DNA of 58,647 nt, filler included, from Basidioascus undulatus (taxonomy: Eukaryota), in NCBI GenBank assembly GCA_000826855.1. It is 6 parts of 6 records of this genome, joined end to end, with 100 filler letters (N's around TTAATTAATTAA, not from the genome) between each part and the next. Parts side by side here need not be neighbours in the genome. Positions count along the whole stretch, not along the records: positions 29,366 to 39,060 come from JTLS01001217.1; positions 39,161 to 48,855 come from JTLS01001218.1; 4 more parts are not named here. The stretch is one strand, 5' to 3'. The notes under the pieces are model-generated. The model saw only the letters and a program-made list of their open reading frames with translations, did not search any database and had not been told where the DNA came from. Of the stretch, positions 34,589 to 47,433 are shown one piece after another. Every line of letters begins with the position of its first letter. Position 1 is the stretch's first letter. Position numbers and translations under genes: made by a program.

Positions 34589-37556
34589 TCAGAGTGAGGA
34601 CCTGTCGTCAGGCGAGTCCAAGTCCTTTCTGTGCCGCACGCTGCCTCCCTTCGCGTCCTCCCTATGCCGCATGCCTCCCTTCTCTCCTCCATCTAACAAG
34701 TCTCCATCCGCTCCGGCCAGTTTGCCCTTCTTGCGCAGCTCGGCTGTGACGAACCACCCCTGGTTCGCAGCGAGCACGCGGTCGATGTCCTCGAGCGTGC
34801 GACCGGCGGCTGGGCGCAGAAGCGATTGAGATTAGCGTGTAGCGCAGATGGGATGGACAGCGTAAGAAGAGTTCAAGACGGACTTTCGGGGTAGAAGAAG
34901 TAGACGGTGGGGATAAATACCAGGTTCATCACCGCGTAGATGATCCAGTATTTGTATCCCAGCTGCATGTCCAACAAAAACTCAGTCAGTCGTCTCGACC
35001 CCAAGTTGAAGAGTTAATAACAGACTCACATTAGTGGTACCAATAGGAGAAATCCTGCAGCGCAGCGGGTGAGCCTGGGAATGCAAGCTGCGAACCGGAG
35101 ATTACAGAAACTGACTGCACAATGACGAAGTTCCATAGCCTAGACGGATGGCTGGTTAGGAACCCGCTACGGTGATGTAGATCTTTGCGACAGACATACC
35201 AGTTGTTGCAGGTGCTGAAGGCGGACCCCTTGTTCCGCATGCGCAAGGAGTTTATTTCTGTTGCCCGCGAGTCAGTGCTCTTTCCTTACCCCACTTCTCT
35301 CTTTTTTCGTGCTCGAGAAGTGGGACAGTGGGAAGAAAGGGTTTACCAGGTGCGTATAGCCACGGCGGGCCGTTAAGACACTGCAGAAAAGAAGGTCAGA
35401 AACGAGGGAGACAGGAAGAAGGGGAGAAGCAGTGGCCACAGTGCTCACCAGGCCAAAAAAGAAGTAGAACAAGAAAATTGCGGCAGTTCTGAGCTCAACC
35501 GCGCCCTGTAAGCATGACATGGAAACAGGGGAGGAGACTGGCGGCTGCTTACGCTCCCCAACCAGCAGCAACTTGATTCTCCGGCTGTGTTTCCACAACC
35601 GCAGTAGCGGCGCAGAGAACAATCATGAAGACACAGCCTGTCAAACAAATGTCAGCGGAGCGCCCTATAGCTGCTCGAGTGGATCTCAGTGGATATCGAG
35701 GAGGGAGAAAGGGCGCCAGCTTACAGCCAGACACCCCAAGGAGCAGTGTCGTCCGGCGGCCGAGCCGGTCAATGCTATTGTGTAGAGACCTTGTCAGGGA
35801 CAGCAGTTTCAAGGGGCTTAAGATATTGCCTACATCCAAATCGTGAGAACTGAGCCGATGAAGAAAATGATTGCGCCGCAGCCGGCGAGGATTTGGGCGA
35901 GACGAGCGTCGAGGTTAAGCGAGTTACGGTAGATGCTCGGGGCGTCTGTGATTGGGGAGTTTAGCGTAAAGCAGCCAAAATTATTTGAAAAGGCCACTCA
36001 CAGTATGTAAGGATGTTGATTCCTGACGGACGGACCAGTGTCAGAAGGTCGTTCTACAGCGCTCGTTCGTTAAGAACTGGACTAACCAGACCACTGCTGG
36101 ATGAACTGACCACCACCTGCACCAAGAGACCGAGCTATTCAGCTCTGATGGACGGAAAGGTCTAGGAACTGGTCCATGCTGCGTACCGCCAAGTAGGAGA
36201 CGCCTGAAGTTCTGCGTCTCGCCCATCTGGAAGATGTCGCGCCAACCGGCTGAGATCTGCGCCTCGTGCTTTGCGGTGCAGATGATGTCCTCAGAGGCCA
36301 GTACGATCTCTGAATCTTGCGGTGTCGCCCCTCCGCCTTGGACGATTGCCATGACCGCCCCGACTTCGTCGTACCGGCCCTTCGAGGCAAGCCAACTGGA
36401 TCCTCACAACCGGTGAGTGAAGAGTCCTGGTGTCAGAGTGGGGTAGGCCTTGGCTCACCGTGGAGATTCAGGTATCAGGGGAAGCAGGCAGAGGACGAGG
36501 ATCGGGAAAATGGCCTGAAGGGCGACAGGGACGCGCCACCGTATTTGTCCGGTGACCGACCCAAACACAAAGCCGTAATCGATCCAGTTGGCGAGAATGA
36601 TGCCCTGAATGAGCACGACGTTCAGCCGTTTCTGAATGTGTGGAACCCATTCCCAGAACGCACAAAGATGATGACGGCTGCTTCCGCGATGACAAGCATT
36701 CCACGCCGGGAGGCGTGAGCGAGCTCCGATTGCAAGACTGTGGGTGCCCATCAGTCCCGTAGAACAGTTAAAATTAACTAGAAACAGTTGTAAACGTACT
36801 CGGAACGGTGACTGTACAGCCAGGCAGGTCATTCAGCATGTGCAGGCAGCGGAAGGGTCTGACCAAGCGCACCAGTGTTCAACCCTGTCCCCAAGCCCGA
36901 TACAATTCTTGCCACTGTATACCGGCGCCATTAGAAAGCAATCCCTATTTATTGTTCTCCGACTCAGTCGGACATACCAACCATGTGAGGAACGCTATAG
37001 GCTGTGGCTTGCAACAGGGCGCCGACTATAATAAGCAGACTGCCCGAAACCTGGGAGGAACCCTTCAGCATCCATTACATGGAATGCCGTAGGAGATGAG
37101 CCTACTTACCAGAGTCCACCTGCGACCAAGAGGGTCTCCAACGACGAAGGCCAGACCACAACCAAAGAAGCAGCCTAGAGAAGTGAAGAAAGGCGAAAAG
37201 TGCGTGAGGGGATGTACGGCCGTCGAATCATTGACCACAAGCGCTTGAGTTGGACAAACCCAAAGCATATAAAGATACGATAAATCCAAGGAGATTCTCG
37301 TCTGGATAACCGAAGATACTGAGAAACTCGTCCACTGTCGCCTTGTGTCAGCTCAGCTCCGTCGAGGTCAGAACCCTGCGGACTCACGCCCTATTAGCCC
37401 CCTGTCGAATGCATCTTTTGGTGAGCTCCCTAAACTTCTGCATAATGAAATAGAACGCTCGTACGAAAGAACACCCTGGTCGTAGCCGAAGAGTAATTGG
37501 GCTGAACCGCAAGCAGCGATGAGGATGCCTTCCAGAGCCCGTCCGGTGACCACCAT
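34589..37556 (-). CDS. MFS sugar porter, STL1-like, many small exons
   Basis: LLFGYDQGVLS, GDPLGRR, GIILANWIDYG...WRVPVALQ, PESPR, QNFRRLLLG, GINILTYY, DRLGRR, WIYSSSYRGAP/YPPEI region, YFFYPE...RTLEDID. Confidence 0.9.
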
Positions 37557-39060
37557 GTTGAGCGGGTGCGAAGAGCAGTCAACAGAAACGTAGGCGGTGT
37601 CGAAGTATTTTCAGATCCTTGAAGGCGATGGCAGGTGGTAGCCGGTCGGCGGTGGGGAGGGTGTCTACTTAACAGGAACGGCAGAGGCGTTGGCGCGTAA
37701 AAGGCCAGGAACGTTAAGTGTGAGGTACAGGGGAGGAGAAATGAGGCTTTGACCTTGGAGGGATTGATATTTATGAATCTGAGTGATCGTCGTGCCATGT
37801 TGTGCCACGAGCCCTGCCATGATTGTGCGTCACAGTCTCTACAGCGAAGCTCACTTTGTTTGATTGTGACAGCTCGTCTCTCACACGTGTTCATATACAG
37901 CTATCTTCGGTACATATTGAATATCGAAAAATACGTCAGAATGACAAGAGGCGCTGGCGGTGCACTCCCTGCATCATGTTGCCCGTCCTTGGCCTGTTCC
38001 AGGTATCAGGCGTTTGTGCGTCATAACCTTTGCGCCGTTTCGATATCGCTCCGAAGCCGTTGTTAACCGTTGTCGCAACGTGTCACGAGGTCGCGATGCA
38101 GCGCGATGTGCCGATCAGTTTGACTACCTAGGTGCCGGTATTCTCACAACACCGGCGCTATTGCTTGACCTGGGCTCTCGTCTCTTCTTTAGCCTCAGAT
38201 GTTCCCGAAAGGCAAGCCTGTTCTCAAAGGGCACAAAGCTGGTGATCGCTGGGTGTCGATGGTGCAGTTTCGCCAAGTTTCGCCCTGAAGTTCTGAGTGG
38301 AGTGGAACCGGAGACTACCGCCCCCAGCTGCGACCTTGACACCTGTAGAAAGCGTTGTGTCTTCTGCATTTGAAGTATGAAGCTTAAGCGAGTATATGAA
38401 GGCCTGGGGCTATGAAGTGGAATCACAAGCCATGAAGAGCGACGGTGGCCGGAGGTTCTGGTCAGGACGAGGTGAAAGGGCAGTGGAAAGGAAGCCGAAA
38501 GCGACGCAGCCGGTCGAGCTGTTCGTGGTCGGAAGTAGCTTGCGACTGTGGACTAGAGTAGAGAATACATGAAAGCCATTATGTTGTTGAGAGTTCTCCC
38601 AAGGTGCTCAGTGCCACAGGGAACCCGACCGGTAGAAGGGGATTCTTGGTAGGGCGTGGTCAATGCGGCAGCAACATCCATAAACCAGTGCACAGCGGGA
38701 TGATAGAAGATGGCAGAACAAATTATCTATTACGGATATAATACATAACAAAGCAATGGAAGTAAGTGGAAAAATGGCCCATCGAGTCCGGAACAACGCC
38801 GCCCCACCCCGTCCTCATCCGCCATGCCCAACCACACCGGCAGAATCGCAGACCTCTCCGAGGACATCCGAGAAGAAGAAAAAGAAGTGGACGAACCCGG
38901 CCCACCCCCAACCAAAGCGCTAGCACTCGGAGTAGCCGCGGACCGCCTGCATCCGCGCGCAGAATTGGACGGCGGATGGGGACGTGCGGCGAGACGGCGA
39001 CCACGCGTGGTGCGGCGATAGCGAGGGGTGCCCTATAGGTATCCGATGACGGATCCGACT

Positions 39061-39160
39061 NNNNNNNNNNNNNNNNNNNNNNNNNNNNNNNNNNNNNNNN
39101 NNNNTTAATTAATTAANNNNNNNNNNNNNNNNNNNNNNNNNNNNNNNNNNNNNNNNNNNN
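39061..39160. other. Artificial contig linker
   Basis: N44-TTAATTAATTAA-N44. Confidence 0.98.
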
Positions 39161-41728
39161 CCGCACCCTCCCCCTCGCACCCACCTTCGACACTCCCAAA
39201 CACCACGTTTCCGTCATTCCCTCTTCGTATTCATCTTCATCTTCTCTTCTCGTTTCTTCGTCTTCCGCTCAAGTGTACATGCCTGCCTGCTTGCCTGTAC
39301 TCATACACATACACATCCCTCATATTCGCCCGATCCACACGCTACACACACCACACCACGCACATACAACCTTCGAGCTACACGCTACCAATGCTGCACA
39401 TACAGTCCTACCTGCACAAGAAGTGCGTTTGTGGAAAGGAAGGGTTGCTGGAAAACGTGATTGATTGGCGAGTTGCTTCGCTGCACCCTCTAAGGCGAAG
39501 GGGCACCCTCAGATGATGTCCAACAATCGACGGCTATGTCGATTGAAGTCCACTCGCCTAAAAGCCCGGCACAGTGACGGAAGAAGGCAGGCACGAACAC
39601 GATGCCAGCGCTCTTATTTCTTGTTTATTTCTTGTTTCTGTACTCTTGGTTCTTGATTCATGCTTCAGTAGGACGTGCACGGGGAGGGAGAAGGAGAAGA
39701 AGGAGGCGATCGAGAAGGGGGAAGACGAGGCGCAGGTGGATGAGCGGTCTTTCTTGAGAATCGAAGACGCTGCTTGCTCGGTACAGATGCCATGCACTAA
39801 CCATGCGGGAGTGAAGTGCTAATACTGATAAATATGCTGATAAAATATTGCCTTGGAGCTTGTACCAGCGAGGCTCTGGTGTTCGAGAAACTCTAGGCCG
39901 GTGTACGCCGTTCGAAGCAAGCATTGAGGGAGGACCGCACGCCTTTGACCCGGATTTTATCCTCACAGTGGGGTTACAATTCTTTTAATAACTAGAGTGT
40001 TACTGTAGCAACTGGCAAAGTATAGGAAAAAGACTGAAGGGAAAGTGCGGCAAGATTGGAGATTGGCAATGATTGAGATTGCTACAGCGCAGTCGCATCG
40101 TCGATCCAGCCGTCCATCTTTCCCACCCTTTCATCTATTTTAAGCTTGCCGGAAAGCCACCCACACTACACTCAATACTTCTGAGACACTGCTTTCCACC
40201 TCCCCGACCACAATGACCCGAGGACATGTGCGACTGCAGCCATGCAACTGTACTCCCTGCGCGCCTGCGCTCCCTATTCCCCGAGCCCAAGGCTCTGCCC
40301 CTCCGTTGAGACAGGCATAAGACTCACCCAACTTGCTCCAGAATGTGCGGGGGGTTCGTGGATATCAAAGAGCTAGTACGATCTGAACTTGGGCGTTCTG
40401 CGTCTTGTGGGCTGAAGAGGAATGCCTGATTGGGAAAGAGGAGTCTGTGTACTGAATTTTATTGTAAACACTATTATTAGTCTGAACTGAGGGCTAGATT
40501 AGCTTAAAGAGCGTTTTATAAGCCCGTGCAGGCAAGAGCTCGCAGTCAAGGCCGGGCGTGTTGTCGGGCAAGAAGACAGAGTAGAAGATCCACCGTCTTA
40601 GGCTAGCAGTTGGAGTACAAGCTGGACAAAACGGGCAAAGGAGATCGGACACTTCGAATTAGAGAAGCATTCACTCATCTGAATACCTTGGAATGCGGTA
40701 CGCCAGGCAGAAACCAAGGAGGATCTGGAGGTTATCACCCTGGAAGTACGTACTCCTTCAACCGGCCTCCTGCCTGCGACCCAGCGCAGTGAGCCAGGGG
40801 ATAGACGCTACCTGGCAGACAAACTCTTGCAGTGCAGGGCAATTTTTCAGTAATGCAGGGCTTCCCACAGTGTGTTGCCAGATGCAATCAACAAGCTCAT
40901 CGACGGCCTCGCCACCGCCCTTACTGGCTATCGCCTCAAACCTAATTTCATCGGTTCCTGCAAGTTCCTTAAGTCGTTTACGCCATCCACGTCCGCTCCG
41001 CAGGATAAACACCGCCACGAATCCCCGCTACCTTCACATTGCGGACGTGCAACATCATCGCCTTTTGTAGAGGATAAGGAGCAGGTGGTGGAGCGTTGGC
41101 GAATGCTCATGTTGTTTGGTCGGTTACGGACGGCATGATGATAACCTGTGCAGGAAGTTGCAGGAAAGGCACGGCAAGGCACTGCCGGCTAGACTATAAT
41201 TGAATAGACGCGGTAAGGGGTCCGAGGGCCCGCCCCGAGCGGGGTTGTCCGAGTTCGCCGTGATCCGGTGTCAGGCCTCATGGCAGCTGTACGACTGGCG
41301 TGCTGAGAAAACTTCAGCGAGTTGTACTTTGCGATTTGGATTGTACACCAACGCCAACAGACCCTGAGGAGGGGCGAGCAAGATTCTATGCAGATGATAT
41401 TATGGGTCGTGTAGGCGAGACTTAATAAACTAGTTGAGTGGAGATCTACTATCAATATCATACGGGAATGTCTTAGCGTGTTTGACATGCTGTCGGCTGT
41501 CGCGTGCATTGCCGCCTGGTTTGGGAGAGCCCGTCCGCAAGACCCGCGTTGAATCTCAGGCCGCCCGAGGAGCAAGGCTCCTTTCCCTTCTTCAATCACT
41601 TCACCGCCTTCGTACGAGCCAGCAGCCCCTAGCCCGGCAGTCTTCTCTGGTGTAGCGAAACCGCTCTCCCGTGCCTGGGATATCGTCTTGATCCCGACCC
41701 TCACCCCCACCGCCCGACACCGACCGCG

Positions 41729-44700
41729 ATGCCAACGACACCAATGACCGAGAAGGTCCCTTACAGCGCCCTCCCCCTCGCCTCCCCGCCAGCGCACTCT
41801 CCCGCTGCGTTTCCTGCTCCCCGAGGCTCTCCCGAGCAACAACATCACCGACGGTCGTCCTCGTCTTGGGGGCCCACGCAGGGGGACTCCGCCAGCGCCG
41901 AGAGCGGGAGCTCCGAGAGCGGACGGAGACCGTTGAGTGGGAGGTTCATCCCGGGCGAGGCGGGCGCGGTAGCGAGGGGTGAGATCGGGTCTGGTCTTGG
42001 TCCCTATGCTGTGAGTTTCATCGCGCTCTGTCGGAATGAAGCCGAGGCGATGTTCACTGACGCCATCTCCACCCCCTTGCCCTCACCCCTGCATTCCCCT
42101 AGCCCAATATGCCTTCTTCCACCGGACTCCAACATAACTTCGCCTCCACAACGCACTACCAGCCGACCCGCTTCTCCGCCTTTCCCTCCACCTACTCGCT
42201 CTATGTCCCCGCCTCCGCGTCCCCCAACCAGCGCTACTCGCGCTTTTCCATGCTCTCCGACGCGCCCTCCTCCGTCTTCCTGCCGCCTACCAAGCAGGGC
42301 GAACGCCCGTACTCTTACGCGCCCGGCGGCATCTTCTGGGACAGCGCGGACGAGGACGATGTGCTGCACAACCCCGAGCCCGCCAAGGACCAGATCAAGG
42401 ACAGGCGGTGCGATCCGCTCAGCGGACGGGGGTGGATGAACGTCGGCGCTGTGACGCTCTTGTTGGCAGCGTTGATAACGCTCTTTGCTGGGTGTACGTC
42501 GCTTGCAGTCTTCTCCTTTCCAATTCTCCGGACGGGAGGACTTCGGCTGACGCGCGCTGCTCTCCTCCCTTTGCCTCGCAGATCCCGTAATCCAATACTA
42601 CACCCGTGCCAAAGCAACAAATCTTGGCGCATACGGCTTGGGCGGAACGAACGGGACTGGTCAAGTGCGCGGGCTTCGATCCTCCTTCGCCTGCCCCCCC
42701 CCTTACCGTCTGCCCCTATTGCAGATACCCGACATCCCGGGCGTCCCGACGCTCATTGACCGCGCTACGCCCAAGAGCGCATACACTCGTACCGGCTTCG
42801 ATAAGAAGGAGTACACTTTAGTCTTCAGCGATGAGTTTGAGACGGAGGGGCGTACGTTCTGGCCGGGCGACGACCCGTACTGGGAGGCCGTGAGTCGTTC
42901 CCGGACTTTCCATCATTCTAGATCAAAATATTGACAAGAATATCGGAAGGTGAATTTTTGGTACTGGCCTACGGGCGATCTGGAGTGGTATTCGCCGGGT
43001 GCGTGAAAAACATGAGGTCGAGGGGGGTGGAAAACGGCCAAATGCTGACTTAGGGGGTCCGGGCGCCCGCGGGATGCAGAGAATATTTTCACCAAGGACG
43101 GATACCTCCAAATTCGAATAGACGAGACTCGCGTAGACGACCTGGACTATAAATCAGGCATGCTGCAATCTTGGAACAAGTGCGTGGTGGCGAGGCGACC
43201 GTCTTGGCGAGACGGCAAGACGCTGATCGTCACCGTTCGGCGCCCCCCCCTCTGCCCCGCACGCTTCCAGGTTCTGCTTTACCGGTGGCTATGTCGAATT
43301 CTCCATCTCCCTTCCCGGCTCTGGTGAAGTGTACGTCCTACAGTCCACCTTGCTATTGCGTCTGCCCAGCGCAGGGTACGGCGGAGCCTGACGAAGCGTA
43401 ATCTTTTGCCGGGCAGTTCCGGCCTCTGGCCTGGTGAGTGAACGACGCGTTATAATTATGTTTATGTAGACATGTTCGCTGACCTTTTCTCCTGTCACGA
43501 AGGTGCGTGGACGATGGGCAACCTTGGCCGACCGGGCTATGGCGCGACCACGGAGGGGCTGTGGCCGTACTCCGTGAGCCTCGCTCCTTTTCCTCGTGTC
43601 TCCCGCACGGTAGAGGGTTGGCTGAACGTGTTCGCCGGAATGGACAGTATGACTCGTGTGATGTACGTTGCCTGCCAGAGACACACAGCGAGAGATGGAG
43701 ACGTGAAGACTGACTCGGGCATGGAAGTACAGGTCGGTACGCTCAGCAACCAGACCAATCCCGACGGGGACGGCCCTGCTGCTGCCCTGGAGCCCAACTC
43801 ATACGGAGGTTCGCTGTCCATGGTCCGTTCACTTTCTGCCCTCTGCTCAAATACGTGCATTTCTAACACCCTCCATCTTTGCATGTTCGAACACATTACA
43901 GCTCCGAGGCCAGCGCGTGTCTGCCTGTACCTGTAAAGGCGAGGACCACCCCGGCCCCTCGCCGAACATCGGCCGCGGCGCGCCCGAGATCGACGCGCTC
44001 GAGGCGCAGGTCGAGCAGGCGTACGGTCAGGGCGCCGCAAGTCAGAGCGCCCAGTTCGCGCCGTTTGATGCCGGGTGCGTATTTCGGCATGATGGGCACG
44101 CAAGCAAGCAGAGCGAAGAGGCTGATAATGCGAATGCTGTTAGGTACTGGTTCCACAACTCCTCGAGCGATATCGAGATCTACGACAGCGACATGAGCTT
44201 CAGGAACTCGTACCAGGTGCGTTGGGGCGTGTGAGTGCGTCGCCTGGACGAGTTTGGGTATACTGAAGTTTGGGTGGAACGCAGGGCGGCTCGTACCAAG
44301 AGTCCGTGTCGGTTGTGTCTCTGCTTGGTGCGTAGCATTCTTGGAGGCTGTGTACGCCTCACAGTCGCGCATGTTGACGAACTTGACGTATCCCTTGTAG
44401 GAACCAAGAACTACGAGGTTAGCTTACCGGCCCGCTTCACCCTCATGTTGGAATGCCGCGCTCACACCCGCCCATGCGGCTTTGTTCACCCTGCCAGCTT
44501 GGCTCTGGGACGTTCCAGACGTACGGCTTCGAGTACTTCAGCGACCCCAAGGAGCGCGACAACGGCTATATCACTTGGGCCGTCGGCGACAAGGTAAGTT
44601 TCCGACGATTGGGGGACTGCTTCAGCAAGCCTCGAACGCTACTGACCCTGTTCCCCACCTCCCAGCCAACTTGGACGATGCACGCATCCACCGTCCGCGC

Positions 44701-45227
44701 CAACCCACTCACCGAAATCGACCGACGCCTCGTCAGCGAGGAGCCGATGGTGCGTGCGCTGCAGGCCCCGTTCGATACGCAAGAGGACCCGGTACTTACC
44801 GCGTGGGTCGGCGACAGTCTATCATCATGAACTTGGGCATTTCCCAGGGCTTCGCAGCGGTCGAGTTTGACAAGCTTAGATTCCCCGCGACGATGAAGGT
44901 CGACTAGTGCGTCTTTCCCCCCTTCTTCCTGTCCCCGGGACCGCGCGCTCAATGAAGGGGCCGTGGCTTTCTGCGCTCCCAGTGTCCGTGTGTACCAGCA
45001 CAAGGGCAAGACCAACATCGGCTGCGACCCGCCCGACTACCCGACGTGGGACTACATTTCGAGGCATCCGGAGGCTTGTGAGTTCATTGGGATTCTTTGC
45101 TTGAGTGCGCGCGGCGGAGACTGACGATATTTCCGACGGGACGACGCCAGATAACAACGCCAACTGGACGACTTGGAACCAAGCGGGCTACTCTTGGCCC
45201 AAGAATTCCCTCGTGGACCATTGCTAA
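41729..45227 (+). CDS. Beta-1,6-glucan synthesis-associated protein KRE6/SKN1 family (GH16), multi-exon type II membrane protein
   Basis: DDVLHNP, RGWMNVG...LITLFAGYP, LGGTNGTGQ, LVFSDEFETEGRTFWPGDDPYWEA, YKSGMLQSWNK, WTMGNLGRPGYGATTEGLWPY, GRGAPEIDALEA, CDPPDYPT, WPKNSLVDHC*. Confidence 0.95.
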
Positions 45228-46326
45228 TGCACCCCTGCCCGTCGAGACACCTCGCATCCTCTCTTTCTCTCTGACCCTTCACCACATCTGGCACTCTCCC
45301 TTTCACTCTACTTCCTGCTGTCTTGCCCCTCCTGCACGTTCACATCCCTCATGCCTCTCTCTCGATCACTCAATCTGTTCGCGCTCCTGCACTGCACACG
45401 GACTCACGTAGCCATCGCATGCCACGCCGTTCTCGCGCTTCTCCCTCCCACTGCATAGTATCCCCCTCTATCACTCACTCATTCTGCACATTGTTCACCC
45501 GCTCCGTACTGTTGTGTTGTTTGTTTCCCTATGTCTCCCTTGCACACACGCACCTCCTCCCTCGCTCTTGCCTTTCGATTTCCGCACATTTTGGACTTTG
45601 ACTCGCCACCTGCCTAGTAATGTCGCTGTCCTGTTTCTGTCTTTCCCCTTGCTTTCGTTCCCAAGGCAGTGGGTGGGGTTATTATGCTTGCTCTGCCTCT
45701 TTGTTGATCAGGAACGCTGTCTTTGCATGCGCACGAGATCGTATCGTTTAGCAGTAGTGGCAAATGGACTTTGACCAAGGATGATACTTTCTGGCGCATA
45801 CGCGCATACGTGCACCTTGGGACTCAAATTGTAAAGAGAAAAGCTTCTGTGCGCCGCCCTGCAGGCAAAAATGGTTCGAAAGTGGCTGCTGCCTCGAGCC
45901 CCTCCATGTTCTCTCCTTCGCAGCTTGAAGGTGCACCGCACGCCGTTAAGGTTCTCTTAGCTACTGTATTTGTCAATTGCAATACTCCAGAATGCGCCAG
46001 CCAAGCTTGTCTACCTTGAACGAAATGTGGATTTGAACGCTCCGTTCATTGTAACGGACCGTCCCGGAGCTGGTTACCAGAGTTGTGACTCTCACGGGGG
46101 TGCATTTTGTGAAGCGTGTCCGTTGTGGTTTATGGCGCATCCGAGGTCGCTGAGACCCGCGAGGTTCCAATGCACGCCAAGAATCCTATGCTGGGAACGA
46201 AGACTGTGTACGGAACCCAGCCCTTCGAACCCCCTGGTCAGCGTGACCCTTCTTGAATATGTCCGTCCACCCTAGACTCTTTGCAATTTCATCGATTTGA
46301 CTGAACTTCCCCTTCATCAAACTCAG

Positions 46327-46757
46327 GATCACCTCATCAACAAGCCAAAGCTCGGGAAGGAGGTCAGCGAATGAACGCTCACCGACACACGCGGCGATGC
46401 TGATCCACTGAGCTTGGAATTCATGACAACTTCGAGGACTTCCTTACCCCGGTTACCGAGTTCAAGGTGTGGCTCTCGCCACGCGAACGTATATGGTCTG
46501 TCGAAAGGCGACTCCTTCCAGTTCGAGCGCAAGGTACGTCCAACGCCTCTCTTTTTCATCTTGCCGTCCAAGATCTGAGCAATCGAACGCTGACCCGGAC
46601 CGAATAGGGCTACTACATGCTCGACCGCGTCGACGACCAAAGCATCCACGCCATTCACATTCCGGATGGGAAGTCGGGGGCCCCGCGCCAGAGCCAGAAG
46701 GTGGTGGTCACGCGGGAGATGTACCATTTGACGGAACATGCCATGCTTGACCCCTGA
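46327..46757 (+). pseudogene. 3' fragment of a cytosolic glutamyl-tRNA synthetase gene, intron-containing and frameshifted
   Basis: Reads DHLINKPKLGKE, intron, DNFEDFLTPVTEFKV, frameshifts, ANVYGLSKGDSFQFERK, GTACGT...TAG intron, GYYMLD...IHIPDGK. This matches the GluRS anticodon-binding C-terminus. No upstream catalytic exons lie between it and KRE6. Confidence 0.82.
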
Positions 46758-47433
46758 TCGTGCGTGTCCCAGCCTACACCGAGATTCAGTTGTGGACAAC
46801 TCCACAACAGCGCTTTGTCTTGAGCATGCAATCGTAGGCCTTCCAAGCAGGAAAAAATGGAGAAGCCAGCCAAGATCGCGTCCCAAAACATCTTCCGTGT
46901 ACTCAAACACGCGCACGCAAGCGATAGCTGGCAGCGAGGCAGCAGCGAAGTATCTAAACCAAGAACTCTATTTGCGGGGGATAGCACAAGTAAAGACTAA
47001 CGAAAAGATCGCGGAGAAAAGCCAGTCATAGCTAACACGAAGCGAGTGCCTAACGAATAGAAGCAGCAGCGCACGGCGGACTGTCCGCGCGCAGAACAGT
47101 GCGAGTGTCAGGCGAGGCGGGACCGAGCAAGCGCGTACATACAGCTGGAACATGAAGAGAGCGCCCAGAAAGCCGCGTACATAGAAGGGGAGAGCATCGG
47201 GGCAAAGGCGTAACAGAGGAAAGGTAGCCACAGCGGCTTCTATGAATGCGAGATGAGAGGGTCCTTGACAAGACAAGCATCGAACAAGAATAGAGATACG
47301 GGGTGTGACGTAATGAAAAGTCAAAGAAGCGAGAGCACGGAGGCAGAGCTCTCAAGTCGACGCGAAAGACTTGCTGTGCGAAGGCAGGGCGCGCCGGCGT
47401 GGCGGGCGAAAAGTGGTGCGGCGACGCCTCACG

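Noticed and set aside
38766..39060. Protein-like ORFs at the contig end (DLSEDIREEEKEVDEPGPPP)
   Set aside because: Short, strand ambiguous and no recognisable domain.
39660..41140. Protein-like pieces (EKEKKEAIEKGEDEAQVDERSFLRIED; LPDAINKLIDGLATALTGY)
   Set aside because: They may be further relics, but I cannot assign a family or a consistent frame.
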